DNA of 64,000 nt from Tubiluchus corallicola (lineage: Eukaryota; Animalia; Priapulida), in NCBI GenBank assembly GCA_030141605.1, contig JAQGDQ010000028.1, positions 434,001-498,000 on the forward strand. The letters are read 5' to 3'. The notes under the pieces were generated by a model, which saw only the letters and a list, made by a program, of their open reading frames with translations, did not search any database and had not been told where the DNA came from. Positions 24,361 through 37,900 of the stretch are shown one piece after another (position 1 is the first letter of the stretch; each line of letters opens with the position of its first letter). The translations under genes and the position numbers were made by a program.

Positions 24361-27300
24361 GAATTGGAAAAAATTCCTTGTACCATACACGCACTAGTGT
24401 CAGTATATATATATATATATATAATAATCTTTAATAGCACGTATTATAGTAGAGAGCACACATTACAGGTAATCCATGGATCTATCTCTAACCTTAACAT
24501 TGGATATGGATATGAATTAGTTGGATACAAAAAAAACTTGCTAGACCATTACTTGTTTTAGCATCCGCGGTTAATTAAGAGCTCGTCCAAATGAGCATCT
24601 GGGTCAAGAATGGAAAAATGATAAGCTCCAGTGTGTAGGTAACCGCCCGGGCAGCCGCAGATCTGAGCATTGCGAAATACTTGAATTTCAGCTCGCATAC
24701 GAAACTTTACTGTAAAACTTATTCATTTTGCATTCATATTAACATGTAAGCACACATATTTATTGACTGTCATAATATGTCTACCTGTCTGCTACATTAG
24801 GGATGTTAATGATGGTTAAAGATATATGTCGATAATTATTGTGTCAATAATTGTCGATTGCGTATCGATATGCAAGATTTGTTTTTATCGTTATCTTATC
24901 GATATTATTCTAGGAATATCGTCGTCGTACCGAATTCAGTGTGTATCGCTGCTTATCGCCCACCTTTACAAATTTTTTTCACTTTGCAAAAAATTAAAAA
25001 AAAAGAGTTATTTATAATCTTGTTCGAATAATTTTCTTGTACTTTCTTCCTGCAATAGCGGCTGTCTTCAGTCGGTTTAGTGATATGCAAATGCCAAGTG
25101 CGGTATTTTTAGAAGCATTTCCTAGTTATATGCGTGCAGTGCAACTCACGCAAATAAATATGTTGTGTAGTAATAGATCCATATGTAATATATTTAGCTG
25201 TTGCATATTAATTATTGCAACTCACTTAATATTATTTTATAACTAAATAAAGAAGAGAACGTTTACATAGACTACATGTATCTATATGTTAATTGTGAAA
25301 CAACCTGCTAAAATACTGTATTGCAGTATACTGAGACACCTTGCACAATAACTAGCCACATGTTCAATATCGTTTCTGTCATTCAAAATAAGTTATTGTA
25401 TCTCATGTTGCCATGTTGTCTGTAAACCAGATTTTCAATATTGTAATTGTATTTGGAAAAGGTAATATGTCATTACCGTATTAAAAATTAGGCAAAGGTT
25501 AAAAAAATTAAGGGCGGTTTTTGGGCTTTACTGAGCTTTCTTATACTGTTATTGCACTTAGCTATCGCTTTGTAATCATATTTAAAATGTTCCTTTGTAC
25601 CCATGAAAAAAGCTCAGTAGCACCCAGAAATGATTAATTTTCATTGTAGTACAATGTACATCATCAGACTCTTGAATGCTATCATATTATCGAGAGTAGT
25701 ACTACTAATTTAGTAATTTTGTCACGTTATGTGCTGATGGCAGAGGAAGCCAGGTGATTTTGCAAACTTGTATGTGAAGTTATGTAATTAAATGTGTAAT
25801 TAACTGAAATTTGATGCATGTGTGCACGTGAAAGACTTAAAATGTGTGAGAGTTGGCAGACCTGTCTGATTCATGTTCCCAGTATTTTTATAAGTAGTTA
25901 AGTAAAGGATGAGAGTGAAAATTCAAGGAAAAAATTCTACTTGCTGCCAATTTCTTTTTCGTCTATCACATCTTTGAGTCGAATTAAGTCAACAGTTCTC
26001 TTATAATTTTGTCCTTTGGAAAGCGTAAAAGTGCTCAATTTTTTGAGTGGAACAAATCAGCTCTGGCAGTGAGACATTTAAGAAGGAGGAATGATCAGAA
26101 AACTGAAAATTTAACAACACTACAATAATAAAGCAGCGCAGTGCAAGATACCAGTGACGTCACTGTAAAAGTTTTGCACCCTGTACCTCTTTACTAATTT
26201 TTTTTTTCATTTTTCGCATAGTGAATTAAAGTAGTTGAGAAAAAACTGTGACTTGAGCTTAACATTAAAAAATCCCTTCAGCGTTACTTTAAATACACTT
26301 AGTAAACTTACAATTTTTATACTCCATCCGGCTTTGAAGTTTATTTTAAAGTAAAAAAAGGAAAAAAACAGATGCTTTTATCAGGCCTTTGTGGCCCACT
26401 GATTTCAGCCTTGGATGAGTCACCAACAGGTGAAACGCACAAGCTGCTGCAGCATTGACGTCAAGCATGTTGGTATATTGCTCCTCCTCCATTGTGACAT
26501 AAGCACCCTCACAGTAAATCGAGATGTCAGAGTGCATTGAACAACTCTCTTTAGTAAACAACATGACAATTAATGTCTAATCAGCAGATGAACTGGGTAT
26601 GCTTTTTATACACAAAAATTCGCTGAGCAGCAGTTGTTTTTTATGAAATTAAAAGGTCAAATAGCCAAAAAGATGGCTTCAGAATTTAATACGCCATGTA
26701 AGTGTGTGACATATTTTTGATTATTCCATATTGTAGATGATCTTTATATCGTCTCTCTGGCATCTTTTAACCATGATTATAACCAGAAATAGCATAAAAA
26801 TTAACTATTTCAGGATACTAGTATTACACTGATATATAATATAAATTTTGACCAATGAATTAAGAAGACACTGTGGAGATCTTATTGTGATTTATAAAAC
26901 GTTGACTCGGGAAGAAAGCAGTTTACTTAAAAATTTCTGTAATTTAATTGTTGATTTAAAACTACATGACTAGTAAAAAGTTTTTAAAGAGTGGTCATGT
27001 CTCGACATTCGTAAATATTGATTTACTGCGATAGTAGTGAACGAATGAAGTAACTGCCTGCCAAGGTGCCTGCTGCACCAACACTAATAGAGTTTAAATC
27101 TTTAATTGGCAATGTAACACCATAACACGCCCGGCGATACACAGCTGTAGCTCATGTCCCGAAAAAATAGTAATGCGTAGTTTCTGGAGGTGTGTGATAA
27201 ATTACACACACTGATTGTGCAGTCAGGAGTGCTTGAGTGAGCATGATTGGCATCGTGCTTGATGATCATTATGTCTCTCGCTTCAGCTTTGCGTGAGAGT

Positions 27301-28166
27301 GAATGGGAATTCGCTCCCAAAAAAACCACTGTGGGTGGGAATATGCTCTGTTGTACTGCTATAGATATATCCAGTGTTACATAAGGAATAAAGAGGTTAA
27401 ACAGTAATAAGCACCTGTTTGAATGAGGACTTGGTGATTATCCTGTTTGAAAAAATTGGTGCCTGGCTCTAGGGCCGGACTATGGCCTTTTGGGGCCCTA
27501 TAATATCATAACCACTCTAACTCTAAAGTACATGTACTGTGGTGCTACATAGTGCTATTAATACACACAGTATGCCCTCAAAAGCAAACTGAGTTTGAAA
27601 GGTAAATTACCTTTGTTCGTGCAGCTACTATAGAAAATCAGTACGTTTAGGTCTGTTTTTTATTGGTCAGCTTAAAATGACCGACTTTCATTGGTGATGA
27701 TGAAATAACTTAAAAAAGTCGTTGAAGCCTTATCTGATTACTAAATATTACTAATTTGACATTGATGTAAACTGTAGCCAGAACTGTAGATGCAAATTGT
27801 ATAGATACCAATTATTTATATGCATGTATGTATATGTGTGTGTGTGTGTGTGCGTGCGTGCGTGCATATATGTATTATAAAGTACAGTAGTACCTCTGTT
27901 TTCGACAATAATTCGTTCCTAAAAAGTATTTGAAAACCGATTTGTACAAGTACGGAGACGTTGACAACGGAGGTATGACTGTAATTGGCAAATCTTGTTT
28001 CAGAAACTGCTAAACTGGGAAGAAATGTTGTTTTTTTTGCAAACTTGGTGACATTGATCATTGCCATAATAGTATATGAATGCATTTATCTAATGTGTGA
28101 TAGCTCAACTAACTAAATACGGAGTGCCACAATGAGCTCTTTTTTACTCGTAGGAGGAGCAAAGAT

Positions 28167-29546
28167 ATGGAAGAGAACAGCAATCGGAAAAGTGTGTGTG
28201 TTCTGGTGCTTGGTGACCTGGGACATAGCCCACGCATGCAGTACCATGCCACAAGTCTTACAAGTGAAGGCTTTGATGTAGATTTCATAGCATACGGTGG
28301 ATCGAGGCCGCACAAGAACATCTTGGAGAATAGACACATTAGGGTGCATTTAATGCCAGACTTACCAAACTTCAGTAACTGGATGCCTAGGTTGTTAAGC
28401 TATGTCGCAAAAACTGTCTGGCAAAGTTTTATCCTTTTCTTCTTTCTTTTGTTATTGAAACGGCCCTCACATATCCTAGTGCAAAATCCACCCGCCATTC
28501 CGAGTCTTGCGGTGGCTTGGATTGTCTCATTGGTAAAGTGGTGCCACCTGGTTATTGACTGGCATAATTATGGCTATACAATTCTTTCCATGACACTCAG
28601 TGATACGCATCCTCTGGTTCTGTTTTCACACTGGTACGAAGGCTTATTTGGGCGTATGGCTTCCGCAAATCTGTGTGTTAGCCGAGCTATGCAAAGTGAC
28701 CTGTATCAACGATGGAATGTCAACGCCACTGTAGTGTATGATCGACCTGCAGAAATATTTCAGACGATAACCACAGAAGAAAAACACATTTTGTTTAAGC
28801 GTCTCAGTAACGAATATCCTGTATTCTCAGATACCAAAAACTTAGAAGATATAGAACAGCCTGGTACCACTCTGGAAGAAAAGGATCAAAATGATGGAAT
28901 GGCAAATTATAAGAAAGAAGATGTTACGGTGTTTACAAAAAAGGTTCCAATGGGTGAAATAGAAATGAGGGAAGGAAGACCAGCTTTGCTTGTCAGTAGC
29001 ACCAGCTGGACAGAAGATGAAGATTTCTCTTTGTTGCTTATGGCACTGGAACTTTATGACAAACAAGCTGACACAAGAGATAATAACCTACCTGAGATTG
29101 TCTGTGTTATAACAGGTAAGGGTCCTCTCAAAAGCTATTACACTGATTTGATCAGGAACAAGTCTTTCAGTCACATCCAGTTTTGCCTGCCGTGGTTGAC
29201 GGCCGAGGATTACCCAAAGGTCCTTGCTGCTGCCGACCTAGGTGTCTGCTTACATACATCTTCTAGTGGTCTAGACCTTCCAATGAAAGTGGTGGACATG
29301 TTTGGTTGTGGCTTGCCAGTGTGTGCTGTTAATTTTAATTGCGTGCAAGAATTAGTGATTAACGGACAGAATGGTCTGGTCTTTGAAACTGATGAAGACC
29401 TGGCAAAACACTTGCAGAACCTTTTTGCAAACTTCTCTTCACAACCGAGTCAGTGTCTGCAGTTGTTCAGAGACAATTTACAGGTGTATCAATGTCTTCG
29501 ATGGCATGCTGCTTGGAAAACATCTGTTCTTCCTATTTTTCAATAA
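28167..29546 (+). CDS. ALG1: Chitobiosyldiphosphodolichol beta-1,4-mannosyltransferase, single coding exon, 459 aa
   Basis: Motifs VLVLGDLGHSPRMQYHA, LVQNPPAIP, IDWHNYGY, VSSTSWTEDEDFS, ITGKGP, DLGVCLHTSSSGLDLPMKVVDMFGCGLPVCA. Splice-acceptor-like TTTTTTACTCGTAG ends at 28153. AATAAA at 29849-29854. Confidence 0.97.
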   Translation: MEENSNRKSVCVLVLGDLGHSPRMQYHATSLTSEGFDVDFIAYGGSRPHKNILENRHIRVHLMPDLPNFSNWMPRLLSYVAKTVWQSFILFFFLLLLKRPSHILVQNPPAIPSLAVAWIVSLVKWCHLVIDWHNYGYTILSMTLSDTHPLVLFSHWYEGLFGRMASANLCVSRAMQSDLYQRWNVNATVVYDRPAEIFQTITTEEKHILFKRLSNEYPVFSDTKNLEDIEQPGTTLEEKDQNDGMANYKKEDVTVFTKKVPMGEIEMREGRPALLVSSTSWTEDEDFSLLLMALELYDKQADTRDNNLPEIVCVITGKGPLKSYYTDLIRNKSFSHIQFCLPWLTAEDYPKVLAAADLGVCLHTSSSGLDLPMKVVDMFGCGLPVCAVNFNCVQELVINGQNGLVFETDEDLAKHLQNLFANFSSQPSQCLQLFRDNLQVYQCLRWHAAWKTSVLPIFQ

Positions 29547-32111
29547 TTCAAAGGGCTTAAAGTGCTTTTACTAAGCCGTTCTTCTCAACACTTAACTTTT
29601 GACTGGGGTCTAAGTTTTTTTGACAGCCAGTAGAGGTAGATTAGATGAGCTTTTTGTAAACTATAGGCATTTTCTGTTGGTGGATGCCAAATACCATTTA
29701 CAAGTGCTTTATTGTAGAGCTATAAATTGTAATTTATAATTTGTCTCAAATACTCAGTGTTTTGTGTTAGATCTATTAAATGTGCACATAAAGTTTCAAA
29801 GCATGTGAGTTTTTTTAATTTTTGTCAGAGGTGCTGAACTGTTGGTTAAATAAAAAGTTATTGGTGAATTTGTCAGCCTTTGTTAATTTTTGTGACAACT
29901 TTTGCAGATGAGTTTTTGTTGCTGTTGCACCTAAAGGCTTTAACTTGTTACCTGTATGGTGCCTTGATAGTAGATCATATTCTCAGACTTTTATTAGGCA
30001 ATTGAGTATTATTAATTTAGTGTTTACAGTTAATCTGTACTTGTTTGATCTCTAAGTGATTACTTGTTGGTGAATCAAAGTCTGCTAAAACGTATTTCGA
30101 TTACATGCTATCCGTAAGCAAAACTTTTGCAAGAATCGTACTGTACTAGTGACACTGTCAGAGCAAAACAGTATCTGGATGCACAGTAAAAAAGTTATAT
30201 TCATTTTTTATAAGTTATTTTCGTAGATTTTTAATGTGTAATTTTTGTAACGTAATTTTTTTTACATGGCCAGTGGGCAATGTATCATCATATTAATGTA
30301 TTATTTATTTCCCTTGTCAATGCGCTGTAAAACAGCCAACGCAGATTTTAGCATAGTTAACTCGATTTGAATTCAATTTATCATGGTTACGGTCCTTTGT
30401 AAAAAAAAACTTTAATGGGCTTAAAGTCGTTTTCAACATTTTTGGGGGTTTCCCAGTAAAGTTGTCATAATTTTTGAACAACTAAGGTCACTTTTGAGCA
30501 AGTCTTATATAACTCAGCTCTCTTCACTAGGAGCTGTTATATTAATGAAGAGTTTATTACTTTATATCAAAGTAATTGCAGTCAACCCCACAGAGTAGTT
30601 GTGCAAGTGTAGCAAGTTGCTTACCTGTGAGAGATATGATAGATAAGCAGGCTAATGTGGGGACTCCTGGTCATAAAAGTAGCCATGGGCACCAAAAAAT
30701 GGTCATAATGGTCACTTGAATTAACAGATTTATTTTCCTGACTAAAAGATTACCCCTTCATGTCTCAAATTATTTGAGTTCAGCATGAAAAATAAGAGTG
30801 TAATATTTTTGTTCCTCGGTCGTTTTTTGGCAATATGTCAGTATTCCAAAACTCAAACCTAATCCTCCAAGATAAAACACTGAATTGGTAGAAGAGTGTT
30901 AGCCATTTTCGGTGGTGTATCTCTGTCCTCTTCAATATAATAAGTAGTCGAAAGCTTACTGCAGATAGACCAAATTGCTCAAAGCCTGTTTTTCTGGCTG
31001 TCACCCATTCACTTATTACTCAGGCCCAGGGTAACTTAACTGTACAGCTAATCAGAGTGACATTCAGCAATATCTCCCCCATGGAGGAAACCAAAATAGA
31101 TTAGCCTTTCGTTTTACTTAATCCTTTGTTAAATATTACTTCAATAATAAGTGCACTTCAAATGCAAACTTGGTATTATTGTTCATTTAATAAAAAATTG
31201 CTGACTCTTTCATGCACAATTTGATTTCCACGAGTGTGGTAACGGTGGTGTTCAACAATGCTGTAAATAAAAAACAATATTTGCATAAAATTTGCCCTTT
31301 GCCCTGAACGACTTATTGATTGCTAGGAATCTAGCGCTCCAGTTTCAGTTTCATTTCTTGATAATCAGATGACCCGGTCTCACATGATGCGCGTGGTGCA
31401 ATAATGTGCAATACCCACAGTTTCAGTGTGGGTCCCAGACGATCGTATTCTGCAGTTTGTGATATGCACACGTACATGGCGAATAACTTTGATAACGACT
31501 TTAGTGAGGAAATAAGTTTCGTTGATAGTGAGGAGGAGCCAGGTACCTTTGATAGTGAACAGGTGAGAGGCTCGCAGAATTTCTGATTTTTACAAGCGAT
31601 AATTAAAAGCTCAGAGCCCCCCTTTGTCTATTTTAATACAATCAATTTTTCGTGTTGAACTTTAGAGTTGTGTTTTGTGCGCAGAGCCTGCGATTTTTAT
31701 GCCTTTAACTGTTCAAAAACCAGTGTGTGCTCCAAGGTGTTCTCGAGACTTTTCAAGAGTAGGGCCGGATAATGACTTTTTTGGATCCATTAGATTAATG
31801 AAATTATGGGACCCCTCAGACGGCGTCCCCTCTACTCGCCGACATCTGTGTTGAAAATTTTTTACTCGAGTTATTTTTAGGGACATTTACATAGCTTGAA
31901 GTAAACTTATTGCAAATTCTTTAAATATAATACAATGGCTATATCTTGTTCGTCAAAATTACCACTATTTTACTATTTATTGCAAACCAAATTAGCACAT
32001 GTTTCAACACAACTAACAGTAGTGAAAAAAAGCAGATTCAATGATTCAAAACATGCAATGGTTTGGGACATCAGGAAAATGACCAATAAATCAGGAAATC
32101 CAGATGATCCA

Positions 32112-32268
32112 GTCGGATTATCCTATAGGCTAGTATAGGCTGCAGCCTAGACCCTTTGAAGCTTGGATGGCTCTCTAGTTTTGATAACATTAGACAAAAA
32201 AACAGAGGGCCATCCAAGCTTCAAAGGGTCTAGGCTGCAGCCTATACTAGCCTATAGGATAATCCGAC
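32112..32268. repeat. Perfect 60-bp inverted repeat with a 37-nt spacer (fold-back/MITE-like)
   Basis: 32112-32171 is the exact reverse complement of 32209-32268. Confidence 0.95.
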
Positions 32269-32651
32269 CCTGTTCAAGGGTCTGCCATTACAGGAATTTA
32301 ATGTTTTTGCAGTTTGACAAAAAGATACTTCACTTATTTATTTGAGTTATTCACGTAAAATAAAAAATAAAGTACATAATATAAACGGCTTCGACAGGTC
32401 TTGTTTTTATTTGTGCATTGCAGCAAATTATTAATACATGTGCTGGCACCCTAACTTCTAGGATTTTCGTCTTTCATTTGTATCTGGATTTCTTCATTTA
32501 TTGGTCATTGCATGTTTTGAATCCTTGAATTTAAATGACATGGACCTACTGTGCTTGATTATCGCCGCTCCTTCCTCGTTTTTCATTGCAGTTTGAAAAG
32601 TAAACATGATTTGTGTGATTTTTCTGTTCGTACTTCGTATTTGTCGAGGAC

Positions 32652-32725
32652 TTAACCGTTTGCCTTTGTACAACCGCTCAGCCTTTGAGGCGAAAAAATT
32701 ATTGTGCACGTAGCCAAAGGGTTAA
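32652..32725. mobile_element. Tiny piggyBac-like MITE remnant
   Basis: TTAACCGTTTGCCT...AGCCAAAGGGTTAA: TTAA flanks and 14-bp inverted ends with 2 mismatches. Confidence 0.45.
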
Positions 32726-34575
32726 AAATTCGGCAGTTACATTTCCTGCACAGTGGGGGTGAGTTATTTTATAAACTTGTTTAGTAAAATCGATATCGTA
32801 ATACAGACCAGACGTCATATGCGCGATTTTTCGCTATCGTAATTACTTAAAGTGGTTTCACCACACTTTATTATAGAAACGCTTCGATTTTAGGGTTATG
32901 TTTATTTTTAATACTAGCGTGTTTTTATTCAACTGTGCAGACTATTTTCTAAGCTATACATCTCTACCTAACGTTTTGTGCGTATCATGACAGTACCCGT
33001 CCCGTGTTTTTGCCTGTCTACGTAACAAAGCTGTCTGGATTTTCCGAATTTTCCCGTCGGTTGTACATGTGGAATCGTTTTCTCCGCGGACGAAACATTC
33101 GCTTATCGTCTGGCTGTCTGGGAATTGCCTGTTCGCAAGATTCCTGGGTTCATATTATGACTGCCACTGTGCTGTATTGGTGTAATAATGCTGGGTCTAG
33201 ATTTTATCTCGCAAGTGTGGAAGCTCTATGGAGCGTGTATCTTCATTTCTGCACTTTTATCTTTTTTGAGCTTGAAATACCAAGAATACGATAATTTAAA
33301 TGATTATGACAGTTAAGCTCCAGCCGATAGAACGTTTCTTTGCAGTGTTGGCTGTTTAAATGTACTGTTGTGGTTATCCCCGTGCAGTGAGATGCTCTCC
33401 TATCGCAAAACAAAGGTTCGTCGTTTTATATATGGCATAGCTGCTGAGCTTATGACATTGAGGTGACTTGCAGTACCTCGTCAATAATTAGTGTTCATTT
33501 TAGGTGTTTTTGACACAAATACGGTGTACATTGAATATGTTGTAAATATCGCTCAACAATTTGCAATTCTTGATGAAAATTTAATTTTCGGGGTTATGAT
33601 ACTTTGGGTTGACCTCATTACTATGTGAGCCATTCACATTTGTCGAACTTGTAATTACGAATAATGAGCAAATCATAATTTTCACCCAGCACTTACAAAT
33701 AATGTAATTTAACATGTTACAGTAAACTTACTCTTTTACAGCATTTGTGGTAAATGTAATACACGTCACTAATTAGTTGTATGTATTTGATTTGATTCAA
33801 AAAATTGTTTGAAAACTTCACTCTTGAATTTATTTTGAAAGTTGAGCATGTATAAATATAATATTATGATGTATGTTCACATTCATAGTACATGACAGTC
33901 TGGCACATAGTGTACTTCTATATATGTATAAATTTGTGATGTTCAAAATAGCAATCTCATATTCGATCTCATTCACATCATTTTGCTAAGCTAACCCTAC
34001 TAATTCTTATCTCTTGCGCTCTCCACTATTATTTTTACCTTCTCTTTTTGTATCTTAACAGCCGCACCATTATAATCACACAAGTAAAGCTTCTGAATAT
34101 AATGCAAGCAACAATTTATGTGTGTATCGTGTCATGTCCACTTTATTAAAATATTAATGTAAAATATAATCCTACCATGTCTTGTCATATTGTGTTGTGT
34201 TGTATGGTATTGTTATTTGGTGATGTTGTAATAAAATAAATAAATAAAATAAAATTTATGTTGTAGTCTTTCTTTAAGCATTACATTTGTCTTCTGTTTG
34301 TGATTCACGTTTAAGAAATTTATTTAGAAATCATATAGTTTCTATTAGAGCTCCTTGGTGTATGTTTTTGAGACAAAAGGAATTGTTAGATGGATCTGGT
34401 ATGTTTCCACTCCAAAGCTGAGCAATGCTGACCCTCATCAGCAAATAGATAGGTGGCAGTTGGGTCAGTAAATTACTTGGCATTGGTTCAACGTGTCTTT
34501 AACTGTTTGGTAATTGTTTGAATAGCTGTAGATGTTTAGAATATAACCAATTTAATATGGTTAATTTATTTGCAG

Positions 34576-34898
34576 ATGTATCCTGGTCATGTCACCATCT
34601 ATCAGCACATCTTCACACCCAGACAGTACCAGGTATGGCTATTATTACTAATTCAAGTACCAGCATTAACATAGTGTTCTATTTTTCTGTGCTGTGAATT
34701 GTATATTTCTGTAATTGTGGTTATTTATGAATAGCTCTTGTCTTTTTGTGCTTTGTTTTGTTATTAAATTGCCCTTTTGATGAATTTTGTGCATTGCAAC
34801 GTCTTTCGTACGTCTGTACTGTTCAAGTACAACTTGTCTAGTAATTATTTTTCTAGAAATCGGTAAAATATTTTGTAGTTAGCAATTTGGCTAATTGT

Positions 34899-34968
<70 letters not shown>

Positions 34969-37900
34969 ACATCGGCATTAAATTATTTGTATCGCTACAA
35001 CCAGCTAACTTTTTTGAGCCCAAAAAATAGTCATAGTCAGGCAAATCTGTCAATTTAAGAAAACATGGTAAAATGTTTTGTGCAATGTTTTGCTAGGTGG
35101 AGCTGCTTGACAAAGCCAAGGAGAATAACATCATTGTTTGCCTGGAAACAGGAACAGGAAAGACCTTCATCTCTGTAATGCTAATCAAGGAGCTGTCGAA
35201 TGATCTGCAGCAGCCGTATGAAAATGGTGGAAAAAGGACCTTTTTCCTGGTGCCTACAGGTAAGAATAATCTCAATGTCTACTCCAGCATTACAAGCTGG
35301 AGTCACCAGTAACTATAATTGTAACCTCACAGTACTTTGTATCATTTTACATTTTTTGCAGTATGTGTGCTGATTAAATTTTGATTTGTACAACATTATA
35401 TGATTATGTGATTTAGACAAGCCTGAATAGGACAGTCTAAATTCGTAAATAAATTTATTTAGAGAAGATTGCCTGCTGTATTAATATATTGAGGTAACTG
35501 ATTTACGCAATTAAGTCTAGTGCTGATAGAATCACCGTGACCATATTCAATGTAGTCTAGTAGTTACGCCCAATATGGAGTCAAACCTGGATTTAAGGTG
35601 TTGATTTCTGTGGTCAATGTGGGTAACAGTCTGCACCTTTTCCTATTGGTCAAGTAATTGTAATAATATCCTAAGTAGAGATGACAATGCAAGAAAATAC
35701 TAACTTACTATTTTTAGTGCCTCTAGTACGTCAACAAGCTAGTCAAATTAAACTGCACACGGGCTTGAAAGTGGGCGACTTCGTCGGTGAAATGGGCGTC
35801 GACTTTTGGGAAGGCGAAACTTGGAAAAAACAGTTTATCAAATATCAAGTATGGATTGATGGCATTTGTCTTATTTTTTTGTTTTATAATTTTAATGAAC
35901 AAAAGAAACATGTTACGTGACATGCAATCTTTCACCTGCTCAGAAGTTTTTTTTATAGTCTGGCAGGACAAGACAGCACTTTATGACAGGGTCTACTTAA
36001 TGTAGACTGGAGCAGGACTGGAACCCATCTCATTATCAAAGGTAATCCTGAGACATTGAGCTGACAAAGGTGTTTCAGCCATGTTCGGTTACGTGTACAC
36101 TGTATACCCTCCTGGAGGGTATCTAGTGAAACTGGCCAACAATTCACATAATGATGGTGACTTGTACCCCTTTTGTTGACTATATGAGAAATTCCTGTAG
36201 CATAAATGAAAAGTTGGTTGGCAATTGTACTACCTTCAAAATTACTGCCACATTATAATATGTGTTACTGCATACTTCGATTGTAGGTATTGGTGATGAC
36301 GCCTCAGATTTTTCTGGATATTCTCAATCATGGCTTCTTTAAACTTTCAAAAGCCAATCTGCTCATTTTTGACGAATGCCATCATTGCAACAAGCGCCAT
36401 CCATACAAGGAAATCATGCGAAACTTTGACTCAGTGGATGAAGCTATGAGACCTCGAATTTTGGGCCTAACAGCATCTGTGATAAGTGGGAAATGCAATT
36501 ATGAAAAGGTATTATGGAGAATCTTATATTTGAGACATTGTAGTTTTGCTGCATTTTTTAAAGTGATGCTAACAAATACACATCAACAACATATACCAGG
36601 TCATCCTATACCATTGGCTTTACCAATATTACATCCAATGCCATCTTAACCTACTTATGCCTTTACTTGGTGCACGATGACAAGCAAAGACACATCATCA
36701 GCGTATATCAAATCATTCAGTATGACTTAACTAATGTTATATCCAACATCATATTAAAGGGGAATGGAAACATTTTAGAAAGTACCGTTTAAATTTATGT
36801 TCTTACAGTGAAAGTGAAAAAAAGCAACACATGATTTTTCATTAATTTTAAAACTTCATTAAGTTGTAAGCAGTGACTGACCTTCCAAAGTTTTCCCTGT
36901 GAAATGAACTGCGTTTCACCATCTAGATTTTAAAACAATGCCACAAATCGTGGCTTCATTAGTGTGAGTTGCCAGGAATTTGGCATAAAACATGGATTTG
37001 CTTAGCAAAGTTAATGTGTGTTATCAGCAAGGAAAATTCTGCCTTTATACCTGTGCAGTACAGTTGCAGGACAGTGGTTAATCTTACCTGTCGAGTAGGA
37101 CATTGACACTGCTATACCTCGACATTGTTGTTCAAATTGGTAGCATGCATCACTACAACGGGACCTAACCAAGAAAAAATTCTGTAATATGGAATGATAT
37201 CTCATTTTTTGCAAAATTTAACACGTTTGAACAAATTATTTATGACTACTGTAATTTAATATTTTTTAACAAATATGCAGGCATTAATACTACATAGCAT
37301 ATAATGCTATGGCCACTTCTCATAATTATATTTTGAAGCCATAAATCAACCGAGTTACTCGAATTAAATTTTAGTGTAGGCCTACATTGTAAGCAGCAGC
37401 CTAGTAACATCATCATTAATGATTTAAGTAATGTGGCTGCATAGCGGGTATATGTTGTTTATAAAAATCTATGAATTCTCAGACGTCTTAATTGTCTTGG
37501 TCTTACGGTGGGGTAGTCAAAGATTGGGGAATGTACTGAAGCATTGATCATTTAGACACAAATTTTGCATCGCAAAAAACTCCTCGTAGAGACTTTTCAA
37601 TTCTTCCAAGGAATGCGAGACTAACCTCCCTTTCTCCCAATTCCGAAATATTTACCTAGAACAGGGAACTGGGAATCGTCCGTAGAAAACGGGTATGCGA
37701 TTGCTCTTGGCTGCCATATTAATACTTGCACTACAGAATAAGGACTTAGCATTTTGTGAAACACACAAAGCTTTTAGCAATTGAAGCCACTAAAGTTGGG
37801 AATTTTCAGTTTCAACCAGTTTGAGATTCAAGAAAGTTAATTCACGATATGGCTAACCCTTGATAAATGACGTTGAGTTTAAATAAAATTATACAGCAGT

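Noticed and set aside
31404-31586. Short acidic ORF (NNFDNDFSEEISFVDSEEE)
   Set aside because: Resembles the acidic start of a decayed transposon ORF or an orphan exon; no recognisable domain or continuation.
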